IMG/VR virus record: IMGVR_UViG_3300021057_000274
Span: 310,001 to 374,000 of that record
Length of the DNA: 64,000 bases
Strand: one strand, 5' to 3'
The notes beneath the pieces are model-generated. The model was not told the DNA's origin, searched no databases, and worked only from the letters and a program-made list of their open reading frames with translations. A program made the translations under genes and the position numbers. Of this stretch, positions 50,371-60,845 are shown piece by piece. Numbering within the stretch: the first letter of the stretch is position 1; each line of letters starts with the position of its first letter.

Positions 50371-53034
50371 ATGTTGCTTCGCGAGACCAACGACTCACAG
50401 TTTGACAGCAATCTCGACGGATCGGCTAGCACCACGACGGTAGCCACCGTCGACGTCAGCTCAAAGATCTTCTCGATCCTCTCGGACGGCATCTACAAGG
50501 ACAAGATCCTCGCCGTTGTCCGTGAGGTCTGCTGCAACGCCTACGACGCCCACGTCGCGGCTGGCAAGAAGTCCGTTCCGATCCACATCAAGATGCCGAC
50601 GTGGAACGACCCGTCGTTCGCGGTCGACGACGAGGGTACCGGGATCGATCCGTCCCAGATCACCAGCATCTACCTCTCGTACGGCAAGTCGACGAAGACG
50701 AGCTCCAACGACCAGATCGGCGCGCTCGGCCTCGGTTGCAAGTCACCTCTCGCTTACACCAAGAACTCGTTCATCATCAAGAATCGCTGGAACGGGACAG
50801 AATACACCTACTTCATTTACCTCAACGAACGCGGCATCCCGGCGATGTCGAAGACGAGCGAGATGCCCGTCTCCGAGGCGAACCGCCTCCGTGACGAGAA
50901 GGGGCAGCGTGCGGTCAAGGACTTCGGCCTGACGGTCGAGTTCGCGGTGCGCAAGGATGACACCCACGTCTTCCGCAGTCGGGTTCAGCGCTTCTTCCGC
51001 TACTGGGGCGGAGCGCTCCCAGAGGTTTCGGGCGTCAACGACGACCTCTTCTCCTCGACCAAGGTCAAGAAGGTTCTCAACGGGAGCGACTGGTTTCTCG
51101 AGGCTAAAGAGGACGACGACCGCGACTTCCGCGGCGCCGTCGCGATCCAGGGCAACGTGCCCTACCCGATCGAGTTCGACTCCCTGCCGAAGCTCCCGAA
51201 GGAGCTGCAGGTCATCGTTCGCAATCCGTTCGTCATCGTCTACGACATGGGCTCCCTCGCGTTTCAAGCCTCCCGCGAAGCCCTCTCGTACGATGACATC
51301 ACGGTCAAGAACCTGGTCGAGCGCTTCGAGGACGTCAAGGCGGACCTCGTCAAGACGTTCAACGCGACGGTCTTCAAGAAGGGGCGTTCGCACCTCCAGT
51401 TCATCCACGACCTGGTCGAGAAGTTCCGCACCTTCCAGAAGAGCGTGTCGCACATCACGACGAATTCGACCGACGTTGACGACCAGTACTGCCAGTTCCT
51501 CTTCGGGCAGCCCCTCGAGACGGCGACGGTCAAGTACGACGGCGCGACCTTCTCGATCAAGGATCTCCTGCAGGGTAAGATCGTTACCCGGCACACGACC
51601 GGGCACCAGAACTTCACGCTGATGTGTCTCGAGCCGAAGGGCCGCAGCGGTCGCCGCACTGTGCTGACGCACAAGACGACGGTCAACTACGTGCTAAACA
51701 AGGAGATGCGCGAAGAGGAGCTCTTTCCGGAGACTGACCATCGCGTCATCCCGACGAAGGACAAGAAGATCGCTAAGGGACAGTGCTTCTCGATGCCGTG
51801 GCGCACCGACCGTGTCAACAAGAAGGACGACTCCGACTTCGCGAACGTCATCCGACACGCAAAGAACTTCAGCATCACGACCGTCAATCGCATCCCGGTG
51901 CAAGGGCGCTTCGGCGTCGCGAAGGTCAAGATCGTCCTGAACGACTGTGTCAGCACCGGCGACGCTCGAATGAAGGCCCTTCTCACCCACATCGAGTACG
52001 CGAGCAAGGCCGTGTCGCCGCACTTCATCTACGTCACCTTCGACCCAAAGGTGACTGACGTCGCCGAGGTCAAGAAGCAGATCGAGGTGCTGATCCAGAC
52101 TGGCTTGAAGGGCGCCGAGATCGAGCTGCTCTCGTCATACCCCGACCATCGCGCGATCGTCGATCGCGAGGCGAAGGAGCGTGGGAAGTTCAAGCTATCG
52201 ACCCGCGAGATCGCTATCTCGAGAGAGTCAACGACGATCTCCCTCGGCTACAACCAGTCGGCCGATCTCAACGACGTCACCTTTACTGACAAGCAAGAGG
52301 TCTTTTCCCTCGACGCCATGCAGGCGATGCCGATGGTCGTCTATTGCTACAAGGGGCGCGGTGCTGGCCAGTTCTTCGATCGGAGCGTTAACCCGGACGA
52401 TCGTACTCTCTCACTGGCGAACAACAGCGACGCTCTCAGCCTCGCCCATCATCTCGGCGTGCTGACCAGGGTCTTTGACGAGGCGAAGAGCTGCAAGGTC
52501 TTTACTCTCGCTGAGAGCCAGAAGAACTGGTTGGGGGCTCGGGGCGTCAACCTCGTTCCGTTCGAGGACCTGATGATCAAGTACACCGCTGAGATGAGCA
52601 AAGCGGCTGGGGACTACCGGAATCGAATCGCGAAGACGATCTGTATCCGAAACATCGGCCAGATCAACAGCTTCTATAGCAACTACGAGCGACTGTGCGC
52701 CAAGAACAAAACGCGCTTCGAGGGCTGGGCGAACCCGAGCCCTTTCATCGACACGGTTCTCACGATCATGAACCAGTCGAACGACAAGCGCGACTTCATG
52801 GTCGAGGCCCTCAACCAACGCCTCAACGGAAGCTCGATCCAGATCAGCGCCAGAGAGACGGCTGCGATCACGAAGGTGATCGAGAGCCGATACCCGCTGC
52901 TTCATCGCGTTTACCTGTCGACGCACGACAAGTCGATCTTCGAGGCGATCCTCGATTACATTGATCTGGTAGATCAGCGCGCGGCGAGCGCTCCAGCGGC
53001 GCAAGTTGGCTCAGACGACACGGCGAGCGCTTAG
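50371..53034 (+). CDS. rIIA: rIIA-like protein
   Basis: FSILSDGIYKDKILAVVRE..CNA.DAH, D.GTGI, STK..SN..IG.LGLG.KSP (GHKL domain); adjacent to an rIIB-like gene. Confidence 0.9.
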   Translation: MLLRETNDSQFDSNLDGSASTTTVATVDVSSKIFSILSDGIYKDKILAVVREVCCNAYDAHVAAGKKSVPIHIKMPTWNDPSFAVDDEGTGIDPSQITSIYLSYGKSTKTSSNDQIGALGLGCKSPLAYTKNSFIIKNRWNGTEYTYFIYLNERGIPAMSKTSEMPVSEANRLRDEKGQRAVKDFGLTVEFAVRKDDTHVFRSRVQRFFRYWGGALPEVSGVNDDLFSSTKVKKVLNGSDWFLEAKEDDDRDFRGAVAIQGNVPYPIEFDSLPKLPKELQVIVRNPFVIVYDMGSLAFQASREALSYDDITVKNLVERFEDVKADLVKTFNATVFKKGRSHLQFIHDLVEKFRTFQKSVSHITTNSTDVDDQYCQFLFGQPLETATVKYDGATFSIKDLLQGKIVTRHTTGHQNFTLMCLEPKGRSGRRTVLTHKTTVNYVLNKEMREEELFPETDHRVIPTKDKKIAKGQCFSMPWRTDRVNKKDDSDFANVIRHAKNFSITTVNRIPVQGRFGVAKVKIVLNDCVSTGDARMKALLTHIEYASKAVSPHFIYVTFDPKVTDVAEVKKQIEVLIQTGLKGAEIELLSSYPDHRAIVDREAKERGKFKLSTREIAISRESTTISLGYNQSADLNDVTFTDKQEVFSLDAMQAMPMVVYCYKGRGAGQFFDRSVNPDDRTLSLANNSDALSLAHHLGVLTRVFDEAKSCKVFTLAESQKNWLGARGVNLVPFEDLMIKYTAEMSKAAGDYRNRIAKTICIRNIGQINSFYSNYERLCAKNKTRFEGWANPSPFIDTVLTIMNQSNDKRDFMVEALNQRLNGSSIQISARETAAITKVIESRYPLLHRVYLSTHDKSIFEAILDYIDLVDQRAASAPAAQVGSDDTASA

Positions 53035-53093
53035 AGTTGTTTACTTTGAGGCGTTCCTAAGTTATAATCGCACCATCAAATGGAGGCTACCAC

Positions 53094-54245
53094 TTGACCG
53101 ACTTTCACTTCGTGACCCACACCACCGGTGTGGCGATGGTCCGCAACGGACGGCACGCTGTCGTGATGAACGACCAGCCGAACTTTTCGTACGTCATGGA
53201 CGTTCTCCGTAGTCTGAAGGGACTACGCGGCGAGGCCCTCGAAGCCAAGCTCAAGGACCTGGACAAGGTCATGACGGTCGGCGGATTGGTCGAGAGCTTC
53301 GGCCAGCCGAAGGACCACAAGCTCAAGGACTGCCGGGTCTTCGTGGAGAAGGGCAAGCTCTTTTACTCGGAGTACCGCGGCCACAAGCAGGAGCTGCACG
53401 GCGCCCTCGCGGAGAGGATCCTCCAAGACCTCGGGAAGCCGTCCAAGGCGTTCGCGCGGTACGGCGACGCCCTGATGCGGTTCATGCAGAACATCCGCAA
53501 GAACAAGGTCAAGGACATCCGCAACGAGCTGTACGAGTGGCTGATGTCCGGCAAGGCGCCGATCACGTATGACGGTTGCTTCCTGGCGTACAAGAAGGTG
53601 CGGAGCAACTTCATGGACGGCCACACCGGGACGATCGACAACTCGCCCGGCAACGTCGTCAGGATGCAGCAGTCGGAGGTCGACACGAACCGAGAGAACC
53701 ACTGCTCGGTCGGCTTGCACTTTTGCTCGAAGGGGTACCTGGATCACTTCGGCGCCGGCGGCGCCAGCAAGATCGTGATCGTCAAGGTGAACCCGCGGCA
53801 CGTGTTCGCGATCCCGACGGACTACAAGTTCCAGAAGGGTCGGGCCAGCGAGTACTTCGTGGTCGGGGAGTACACCGGCGCGCGAAACACCGATGACGGC
53901 CCGGTCGCGGAGGCATTTAAGGACGCCTTCATCGACGAGGACACGAAGCAAGACGCGATGCCGGACGTCAAGCTGGTCGGGTGGCTCCGGCCAAGCTTGG
54001 AGAACCTGGCCAAGAGCTACGGGCTCCTGACCGATGACGGCAAGGTGCTGATCCTCGAACGTCGCGGTAGGATGGTGCCGGTGAAGCAGGCGGCAAACGG
54101 CAAGTTCGAGGACATCGTCGGAATGCATCAAGCAACCGACGACGGCTTGGATGCGCCAAAGTCGATGTCGCTCCAGACCAAGTCGGTCCGGCAAGCGGTG
54201 CGAGCCGCGATCAACAAGGTGGAGAAGGGGCTCACCACGCGTTAG
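53094..54245 (+). CDS. rIIB: rIIB-like protein
   Basis: PIT.DGCFLAYK.V...D.HTG..DNSPG..V.M...CS.GLH...VKVNP..V..IP.DY...K.R. Confidence 0.9.
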   Translation: MTDFHFVTHTTGVAMVRNGRHAVVMNDQPNFSYVMDVLRSLKGLRGEALEAKLKDLDKVMTVGGLVESFGQPKDHKLKDCRVFVEKGKLFYSEYRGHKQELHGALAERILQDLGKPSKAFARYGDALMRFMQNIRKNKVKDIRNELYEWLMSGKAPITYDGCFLAYKKVRSNFMDGHTGTIDNSPGNVVRMQQSEVDTNRENHCSVGLHFCSKGYLDHFGAGGASKIVIVKVNPRHVFAIPTDYKFQKGRASEYFVVGEYTGARNTDDGPVAEAFKDAFIDEDTKQDAMPDVKLVGWLRPSLENLAKSYGLLTDDGKVLILERRGRMVPVKQAANGKFEDIVGMHQATDDGLDAPKSMSLQTKSVRQAVRAAINKVEKGLTTR

Positions 54246-54300
54246 GTTGAAATCGCCTCCCAACCTGACGTGATCCGGGAAGAAGGTTCCCGGGTCGGTG

Positions 54301-54334
54301 AGGGCGATCGGGCGACCGGTCGCCCTTACTTTTT
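54301..54334 (+). terminator. Intrinsic terminator
   Basis: AGGGCGATCGG-GCGA-CCGGTCGCCCT-TACTTTTT. Confidence 0.75.
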
Positions 54335-54368
54335 GCAATAAATAAGAGAGGCATAAGGAAGAAGACAC

Positions 54369-55010
54369 ATGAGCACGCACATCCTGGCAGTTGACAAGTA
54401 CTACCAGCCGCACCGGTGGATCGGCGTCGAGGAAGCTATGGTCCTCGAGGCGAAAGAGCTCGTCCTGGAGCGCAAGGGCGAAGCGATCTACGTCTACCGC
54501 GGCGGCATCAACGGTAAGACAGGCGAGCAGTCTCGCCTGGAGACCAGCTCGATCATCGTCGTCGACGGAGCTCCGTCAGCGCGCAAGCGCAAGGACCCGG
54601 CGCTGACGAACGCGTCGCTGTTCCAGCGCGACCGCCACATGTGCGCGTACTGCGGTGGCCTCTTCCGCGCGGGTGACCTGACCCGCGACCACATCGTGCC
54701 GACGTCGAAGGGCGGCCGGGACGTGTGGATGAACGTGGTCACGGCATGCCGCGGCTGCAACATGCTCAAGGGAGACTTGATGCCGGGCCAGAAGCTGCAC
54801 GGTTTCAAGGAGGGCAACGTCGGCCCGCAGGGTACCGGCCGCATGGACCCGCTCTACGTCCCGTACGTGCCGTGCCGCGCCGAGCACATGATCTTGAAGA
54901 ATCGCTCGATCAAGGCCGACCAGATGCAGTTCTTGCTGGGCCTGGTCTTGAACGAGAAGTCTAGGATCTTCAAGTACGCGGAGGAGCTGATGAAGGGCAT
55001 GCGTGCGTAA
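54369..55010 (+). CDS. HNH endonuclease
   Basis: RD..CAYCG...TRDHIVP.SKGG...W.NVVTAC..CN..K. Confidence 0.9.
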   Translation: MSTHILAVDKYYQPHRWIGVEEAMVLEAKELVLERKGEAIYVYRGGINGKTGEQSRLETSSIIVVDGAPSARKRKDPALTNASLFQRDRHMCAYCGGLFRAGDLTRDHIVPTSKGGRDVWMNVVTACRGCNMLKGDLMPGQKLHGFKEGNVGPQGTGRMDPLYVPYVPCRAEHMILKNRSIKADQMQFLLGLVLNEKSRIFKYAEELMKGMRA

Positions 55011-55329
55011 GATCCCCGCTAGTCGGGCTTGGAGGCCGTGGGCGCGAGCTCACGGCCTCGCTTCATTGGTAAGCCACTTCGTGACCTCCCTGACGTATAC
55101 GTCAGGGAGCCGGAGTTGCGACCAGCAAAAGCGAAGTTCAAGAGGTTCAAGCTTGACACGAGGTACGCTCATCACCGCAGTGAGGGACTGACTCACCGCA
55201 GAAACAAGGGCACCAAACTCCAAATTGGTGTACAATCGCGTGAATCTGTGTTAAGATTCTCTAACTTCAACGAATCTTGAGCGAAAGGAGCAGAGAATGA
55301 AGCATTAGATACCTTAACGAGGAGATCTA

Positions 55330-55623
55330 ATGTCTCGCACTCTGCACCACGGCCTCAAGGCCAAGATCCGCCGCTTCGGGTTCGGCTACCGTCCGACCGG
55401 CTGGTATGACATCGGCGGCGAAGAGTTCCCCGCCCCGCCCAAGCGCCCTCGCCGCGGCCCTCGCGCCGTCAGCATCAAGGGCGGCGGCAACTTCCACTAC
55501 CGTCTCCACCTCCCCGAGGCGACCGCTCGCGCCCTCTCTCGCGAGTTCTGCACTAAAATTCTCAAGGCCGTCGACCTCGACGACCTCCCGCTCTTCCCCG
55601 AGCTCCGCAAGCCGATGGACTGA
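55330..55623 (+). CDS. Small basic protein
   Basis: SD GAGGAG; MSRTLHH... Confidence 0.6.
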   Translation: MSRTLHHGLKAKIRRFGFGYRPTGWYDIGGEEFPAPPKRPRRGPRAVSIKGGGNFHYRLHLPEATARALSREFCTKILKAVDLDDLPLFPELRKPMD

Positions 55624-55640
55624 CTACAAGGGAGGCAAGG

Positions 55641-55850
55641 ATGGCCTTTGACAACTACTACCCGAAGCGCAAGGACTTCAAGCGCGTTTTCAATCGTGCT
55701 CGCCGCGCCGATCGCATCAAGGCGACCGTTCGCGGTTGTCGCAACGGCGGGAGCTGCGATCACTGCCGTCGTAACCGGATGATCGGAGCTCTGCGGCTCA
55801 AGGCCCTCCTGCTTACCCACGATGAGGTGCACGATCTCAAGATCAAGTAG
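55641..55850 (+). CDS. Small basic Cys-containing protein
   Basis: CRNGGSCDHCRRNR. Confidence 0.6.
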   Translation: MAFDNYYPKRKDFKRVFNRARRADRIKATVRGCRNGGSCDHCRRNRMIGALRLKALLLTHDEVHDLKIK

Positions 55851-55888
55851 AGGTAGGTAACCTTGGACCTCATGGAGCTAAATACTCC

Positions 55889-56941
55889 ATGCTTCTCAGT
55901 GAACTCTTAGACTCCGAGGCCGAGTGGAAATGGCTCAAGCAGAACAACGACGTCTGGAAAGCCGCATTTAAGGTTGATGGACGAGAGTTCGAGCTAGCGA
56001 TCCACGCTTGGCCAGACATCTTTTCAGATCCTAAAAACGAGAATAACCGGTGGGACTTTGAGTTTGTTGACCGAACAGATGACGTCGGAAAAGCCTTCGG
56101 TAACACAGGAAAGATGGATCGTAGCGCGATCACCGTCTTCGCGACGGTGATGAAGATCGTGCGAGAGTTCATCGAGGAGAAGCGTCCAAACCGGATCTCG
56201 TTCACGGGGAATAAGGCAAAGAAGCGCGACAAGCTCTATCTCACTCTGATCAGAGCGATCGGTAATGACATCAAAAAGCTCGGATACAAGATCGAGCATC
56301 GCCCAGATGATCTTGAGAAGAACGGCTTTATGGCCGCTGACGTTTTCACTCTTGTTCGCGAAGGTCATCTTGATGAGGGAGTCAAGGAGCTCATCACGGC
56401 GTTGATCATCGGAGCAGCAGCGATCGGTGGAGTCGACAACGTTGAGGCCGCCAAGAAGAAGCCAGTCGCGGCGAAGACCAAGATCGTCAAGCTGATCCCT
56501 GACCAGAAGCGGCTTCAGAAGCTCTCCGCGGCCGCCGCTCAAAAGTACCAGAAGGCTGATCCTAAGATGATCGTCAAGATCGTCAAGCTCGCCAAGAAGC
56601 ATGAGGATCCGGTCTTCCCGAGAGCCGAGGACATCCTCGCGACGATCGGGGTCGAGAGCAGCTTCAACCCGAAGGCCAAGTCAAACCTTCCAAAAGACCC
56701 CGCGATCGGTCTCATGCAGGTGCGTCCAGAGATCTGGGGGATCTCACCGTCTGAGCTGAGTGACGTTGAGAGCCAGATCAAGCACGGAGTCGTCATTCTC
56801 AAGAAAAAGTACAATCGCTTCAAGGGTGATAAGATCAAGACCATCCACGCTTACAATGTGGGGATCACCGGCGTGCTTCAGGGGCGTCGAAACGAGAACT
56901 ACGTTCAAAAGTGGAATCGAGAGCGGGAGCTTTACACGTGA
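55889..56941 (+). CDS. Putative virion protein with a C-terminal lytic transglycosylase (SLT)
   Basis: VESSFNPKA, AIGLMQ, AYNVG; leader MLLSELLDSE; TAAATA at 55879-55884. Confidence 0.85.
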   Translation: MLLSELLDSEAEWKWLKQNNDVWKAAFKVDGREFELAIHAWPDIFSDPKNENNRWDFEFVDRTDDVGKAFGNTGKMDRSAITVFATVMKIVREFIEEKRPNRISFTGNKAKKRDKLYLTLIRAIGNDIKKLGYKIEHRPDDLEKNGFMAADVFTLVREGHLDEGVKELITALIIGAAAIGGVDNVEAAKKKPVAAKTKIVKLIPDQKRLQKLSAAAAQKYQKADPKMIVKIVKLAKKHEDPVFPRAEDILATIGVESSFNPKAKSNLPKDPAIGLMQVRPEIWGISPSELSDVESQIKHGVVILKKKYNRFKGDKIKTIHAYNVGITGVLQGRRNENYVQKWNRERELYT

Positions 56942-57417
56942 AGTTGACGGAGTTTTGCCAGGAGATCGGTGAAGAGGTAGTTGAGGTCGTCGAGGCGGTT
57001 GAGGACATCGTCGGTGACATCTGTGAGGAGCAGCTCGACGAGAAGAGCATCATGCAGGTGATCGCCGCGCTGCTGATCGGCACGGCGTCATTCACGATCA
57101 GGGCGGAGGAACAAGAGAAGGCCGAGGCCGTCATCCAGCAGCTTAACCTCTCGAAGGCTGACCTCGAGTGGATCCGTGAGATGAACAAGAAGGCCAACGA
57201 GAAGATCCTCCCGACCAATGACTCGGCCGAGGAGCTTGCTCGTAAGATAAAGGAGCTCTACAAGATCGGCGGGTTCTCCTTCAAGAGCCGAGGGCTTAGC
57301 ATGCCCCTGGTGAAGGACAAGGACGAGGAGGTCAGCGTGCGCATCGGCAAGAATCCCGTGCAAGGACTTCCTAACGCTGGCAAGGGCATCGGCATCAACT
57401 ACAAGAAGACGTTTTAG
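56938..57417 (+). CDS. Putative virion protein with an acidic propeptide
   Basis: MKLTEF..., acidic run ending LDE, then a hydrophobic segment. Confidence 0.55.
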   Translation: MKLTEFCQEIGEEVVEVVEAVEDIVGDICEEQLDEKSIMQVIAALLIGTASFTIRAEEQEKAEAVIQQLNLSKADLEWIREMNKKANEKILPTNDSAEELARKIKELYKIGGFSFKSRGLSMPLVKDKDEEVSVRIGKNPVQGLPNAGKGIGINYKKTF

Positions 57418-57891
57418 ATGCATCTGCATGAGCTACTCGACTCTAAGGTGCCCTGGCGCTGGACCCACAAGGGGCACGTCTTGCGCGGTGCCGAGTTTGA
57501 GATCGGCGGCAAAAAGTTCATCGTAGATCTAGTTCGTGTCGTGGGGCTTAACACCGATCGCTGGAAGGTCTCCTTTGCACAGATCATCAAGATGATGACT
57601 GGCAAAGATGAGCCGTTCTACTTAAACATGCACAACATGAAGAGAGAAGCGATACAAGTTTTCGCGACGGTCATCAAGGTCATCGAGGACTTCATTCATG
57701 AGGTGAAACCAGATGAGATTAGCTTCGTCGGTTATAAGCATGACAAGAGGGACAAGCTCTACTCCCTCTTTCTAGAGAAGTTCAAGCCCAAGCTCCAGCA
57801 AGCTGGATACAAGGTCTCCTCCAACGCTCCAGAGAACTGGGATGACGAAGTCACTTTTTCTATAGTGAAGGACAAGGATCCAGCTAAATAG
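57418..57891 (+). CDS. Paralog of the N-terminal domain of the 55889 protein
   Basis: AIQVFATVIKVIEDFI...ISFVG.K..KRDKLY versus AITVFATVMKIVREFI...ISFTG.K..KRDKLY. Confidence 0.7.
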   Translation: MHLHELLDSKVPWRWTHKGHVLRGAEFEIGGKKFIVDLVRVVGLNTDRWKVSFAQIIKMMTGKDEPFYLNMHNMKREAIQVFATVIKVIEDFIHEVKPDEISFVGYKHDKRDKLYSLFLEKFKPKLQQAGYKVSSNAPENWDDEVTFSIVKDKDPAK

Positions 57892-57895
57892 GTTC

Positions 57896-58486
57896 ATGCC
57901 GGACCTACTTACCGCTGACATCCTCTTGAAGGTGATGCCGAACGTCAAGACGCGGATCGACTCCAAGAACCCGAAGTCGAAGACGCGCCTCGAGGTTTTT
58001 CTTGAGCCGCTCAACATCACGCTTGAGGCCTTCGAGATCAACACTCCGCGGCGCGCCGCGATGTTCCTCGCCCAGGTCGCCCACGAGTCGGGAGAGTTTC
58101 GCTACCTGGCCGAGCTCGCCGACGGCGTCGCGTACGACACCGGAAAGCTGGCTGAGAACCTAGGCAACACTCCTGGAGCGGACGGTGACGGTCAAAAGTA
58201 TCGTGGGCGCGGCTTGATCCAGATCACCGGCGCGGCGAACTACAAGGAGTGCTCGATCGCGCTCTTCAGAGATCCTGACTTTCTCCTCACGAACCCCGAG
58301 GTGCTCGAGAAGCCCCTCCACGCGTGCCGCTCGGCGGGTTGGTTCTGGAAGTGGAAGAAGCTCAACGCTTGCGCTGACGCCGATGACTTTCTCAAGTGCA
58401 CGAAGATCATCAACGGCGGGACGAACGGTCTTGACGATCGTAAGATGTACTGGGAGCGCGCCAAGCGGGAGCTGAAGGTCACTTAA
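57896..58486 (+). CDS. GH19 chitinase-like endolysin
   Basis: FLAQVAHESG, YRGRGLIQITG..NY, WFW, INGGTNGL..R; TAAATA at 57885-57890. Confidence 0.9.
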   Translation: MPDLLTADILLKVMPNVKTRIDSKNPKSKTRLEVFLEPLNITLEAFEINTPRRAAMFLAQVAHESGEFRYLAELADGVAYDTGKLAENLGNTPGADGDGQKYRGRGLIQITGAANYKECSIALFRDPDFLLTNPEVLEKPLHACRSAGWFWKWKKLNACADADDFLKCTKIINGGTNGLDDRKMYWERAKRELKVT

Positions 58487-59478
58487 TGGACTTCAAAGCC
58501 TTCGTCATCCAAGAAGCAAGGGATCCGCTCGTCATCACCGACTTCGGCGTAGCCACCGACGTGGAGCACCAGGGCAAAGTGATCACCACGATCCCCCGTT
58601 ACGGCGTGTGGACCGTGGCCAGCAACGAGCTTCAGCGAGTGATCGACACCGGTGACGACCTCGAGGCTCTCAAGGTGAAGCACGGGATCACGTCTGATCC
58701 TATCAAGCTAGGAAAGAGGTGACCATGGACTTACTTCGAGAGCTGATCAATCTCCGCGAGGTAGAGGAGAAGAAGCCAGATAAGCCCGCCGAGAAGCTTA
58801 GAGCTCGCCCTGACGCGGTCAACTTCAAGGAGCTCGAGGGTGAGACGATCACGAATGTCAAGTATGGTTCGCCCCACTATCCTCGTGCTGGAAGTTATGG
58901 CGCCGTCACGATCACCACGAAGTCGGGGAAGGAGTTCGTGCTCACCCAGGGCTTCGGTGAGGTTAACCTTTCGAAACTCATTCCGCTATGATCTTCAAGA
59001 GCTTTCTAGCAGAGACGTTCGGCGAGACCGTCCTGAAGCAGATCCCGCAGCAAAAGCAGCGGCAAGACGCGCTGAACGACCAGCTCAAGGATCTCTACGG
59101 CGTCGCGAATCGTCTCGGGATGTATGACGCGGCCGACTACTTGAGGACGATCTTGGTCAAGGCCGGGGAGATGGCGCGATGAAGCTCTTGCAAGAGTTGC
59201 TCGAGATTCTCTCAGAGGCGATCGTCGAGCCAGAGCTCACCCGTAAGGCTGAGCTTCACCACGGCACGCAAGACTACTTCATCGGCGTAGACGCGTTCAA
59301 GAACGCCCTCGAGAAGAGCGACCTGCCCGAGGATGTCAAGGCTGACGTGATCGACGAGATCTACAAGCATGACTTGCGTCAGCTGAACTACACGATCATC
59401 TATCAGCTCTGTCAAGACGCCGGGCATGAGGAGCATCTCGGCAAGATCATCAAGTTAGCAGGCTTTCGCAAGCACTAA
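58486..59478 (+). other. Four small putative head-internal protein genes (starts 58486, 58725, 58988, 59179)
   Basis: Leaders MDFKAFVIQE-A, MDLLRELINLRE, MIFKSFLAE and MKLLQELLEILSE-A. Confidence 0.6.
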
Positions 59479-60248
59479 CTCAAAAGCAGTGTACTTCTGA
59501 GAGAGTTTGAGTTAAAATTCTCTTATCCCATCCAGCAAGGTCATCTCCCAAGCATGTTCTTTGTTGAGGCCCGGTACCCGTACGAGAGCAACGCCGTTTT
59601 GGGCGGTCGCTCTACCCTCGAGGCCGCCGTCGCTCTGGCGGAGAAGTGTGCCCGTGACCAGCGCTTCATGCACTATGACCAGATCGCGGTCATCGAGATT
59701 CCGTCCGAGGACTTCGACACCGGCTACTTGACCGGAGCCTGGGGCATGGACGAGTACGTCGGCCCGCGGACGGTGCACTGCATCGACGTCGAGCAGTACC
59801 TGCGCCTCGTTGACCACGAGGCCTTCGAGGCCGAGGAGGCGTCGGGCCGTGAGTACGACGCGCTCGCAGTGTTCGGCTGCTTCGGCGGGAAGGCCGACTA
59901 CCGGAAGACCACCGGAAAGAGGGCAAGCTGAGAGAGCAGACAGGTTGGTTAGTCTGTGACAAGCATGTTTGCTTGTATGACGAGCGCACGAAGCTACATC
60001 GCTGCGTGAAGCACGGGGCGATCTTGGGATACCGTCACTGGTTGACGGGACTGACCCGTCAAGAAGCTCGCAAGAGATTGAACGAGGATCGAGATGCTCA
60101 AGGGCGTTGAACGTACCCGAGGTTGTTGGTTCGGCTCTGGTAACTCTGGGCGCCGTGGGCGTCGGCAGCTAGAGCGTAAGCTCCGCCGTGCAGGTAAGCG
60201 GCATCTCCGTCGATCGGATCTGGCTCGTGAGCTGAGCGTTAGTCTAGC

Positions 60249-60599
60249 ATGAACCTCAAGCCCTGCCCCTTCTGCGAGTCAGTCGCCGAATTTGTTCCGG
60301 CCGATAGCGTCGACGGAGCTATGATCGGTTGCTCAAATCGGAAGTGTCCCGCGTTTCTGCTTCTCCTCGTTGAGCCCGGTGACACGGTCGAGCGCAACGT
60401 TGAGCTCTGGAACAATCGGACAGAGAAGAAGCTGAAGGCCGCTGAGAAGATCTGTCGTGACGCCGCTGAGCGACTAGGGAAGGCGGCCTCGGAAGAATGG
60501 GCGAGCCATGACGTTGAGGCGGCTAACATCAGGCAAGCTCAGAGCAGTCTCGCGTCACAGCTCGCTGATGGAATTCGAGCCCTCATTCGCGATGGCTAA
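60249..60599 (+). CDS. Lar-like zinc-ribbon protein
   Basis: LKPCPFC...C....C...WNNR. Confidence 0.55.
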   Translation: MNLKPCPFCESVAEFVPADSVDGAMIGCSNRKCPAFLLLLVEPGDTVERNVELWNNRTEKKLKAAEKICRDAAERLGKAASEEWASHDVEAANIRQAQSSLASQLADGIRALIRDG

Positions 60600-60845
60600 G
60601 TGTCCCACCTGCGGAGCACCTGTCGCTAGGCCGGGCGGCGGCCCAGATGCCCAGTTCATATTCAAGAAGAAGCCGGTGCGCCGGCGCGCCGCGGCGCCGA
60701 AATTCGAAACTCTAGAACGCACTCGTGAACGCTTCGAGCAGTGGTTCAAGATGGACCTGTTCGGAGGCGAGCGCGACATGACGTTGAAGCATCAGCTTTG
60801 GACGGCGTGGCAGGTGGCTCACCTTGGTAGGTCTGGCTAGGCTTC

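Noticed and set aside
10096-54413. Long minus-strand ORFs (e.g. 10096-10842, 21875-22789, 50743-51672, 53223-54413)
   Set aside because: Antisense shadows of strongly codon-biased + strand genes; no motifs or expression signals
54369-55010. Intron-encoded homing endonuclease
   Set aside because: Free-standing gene with its own SD and upstream TAAATA; no interrupted gene flanks it
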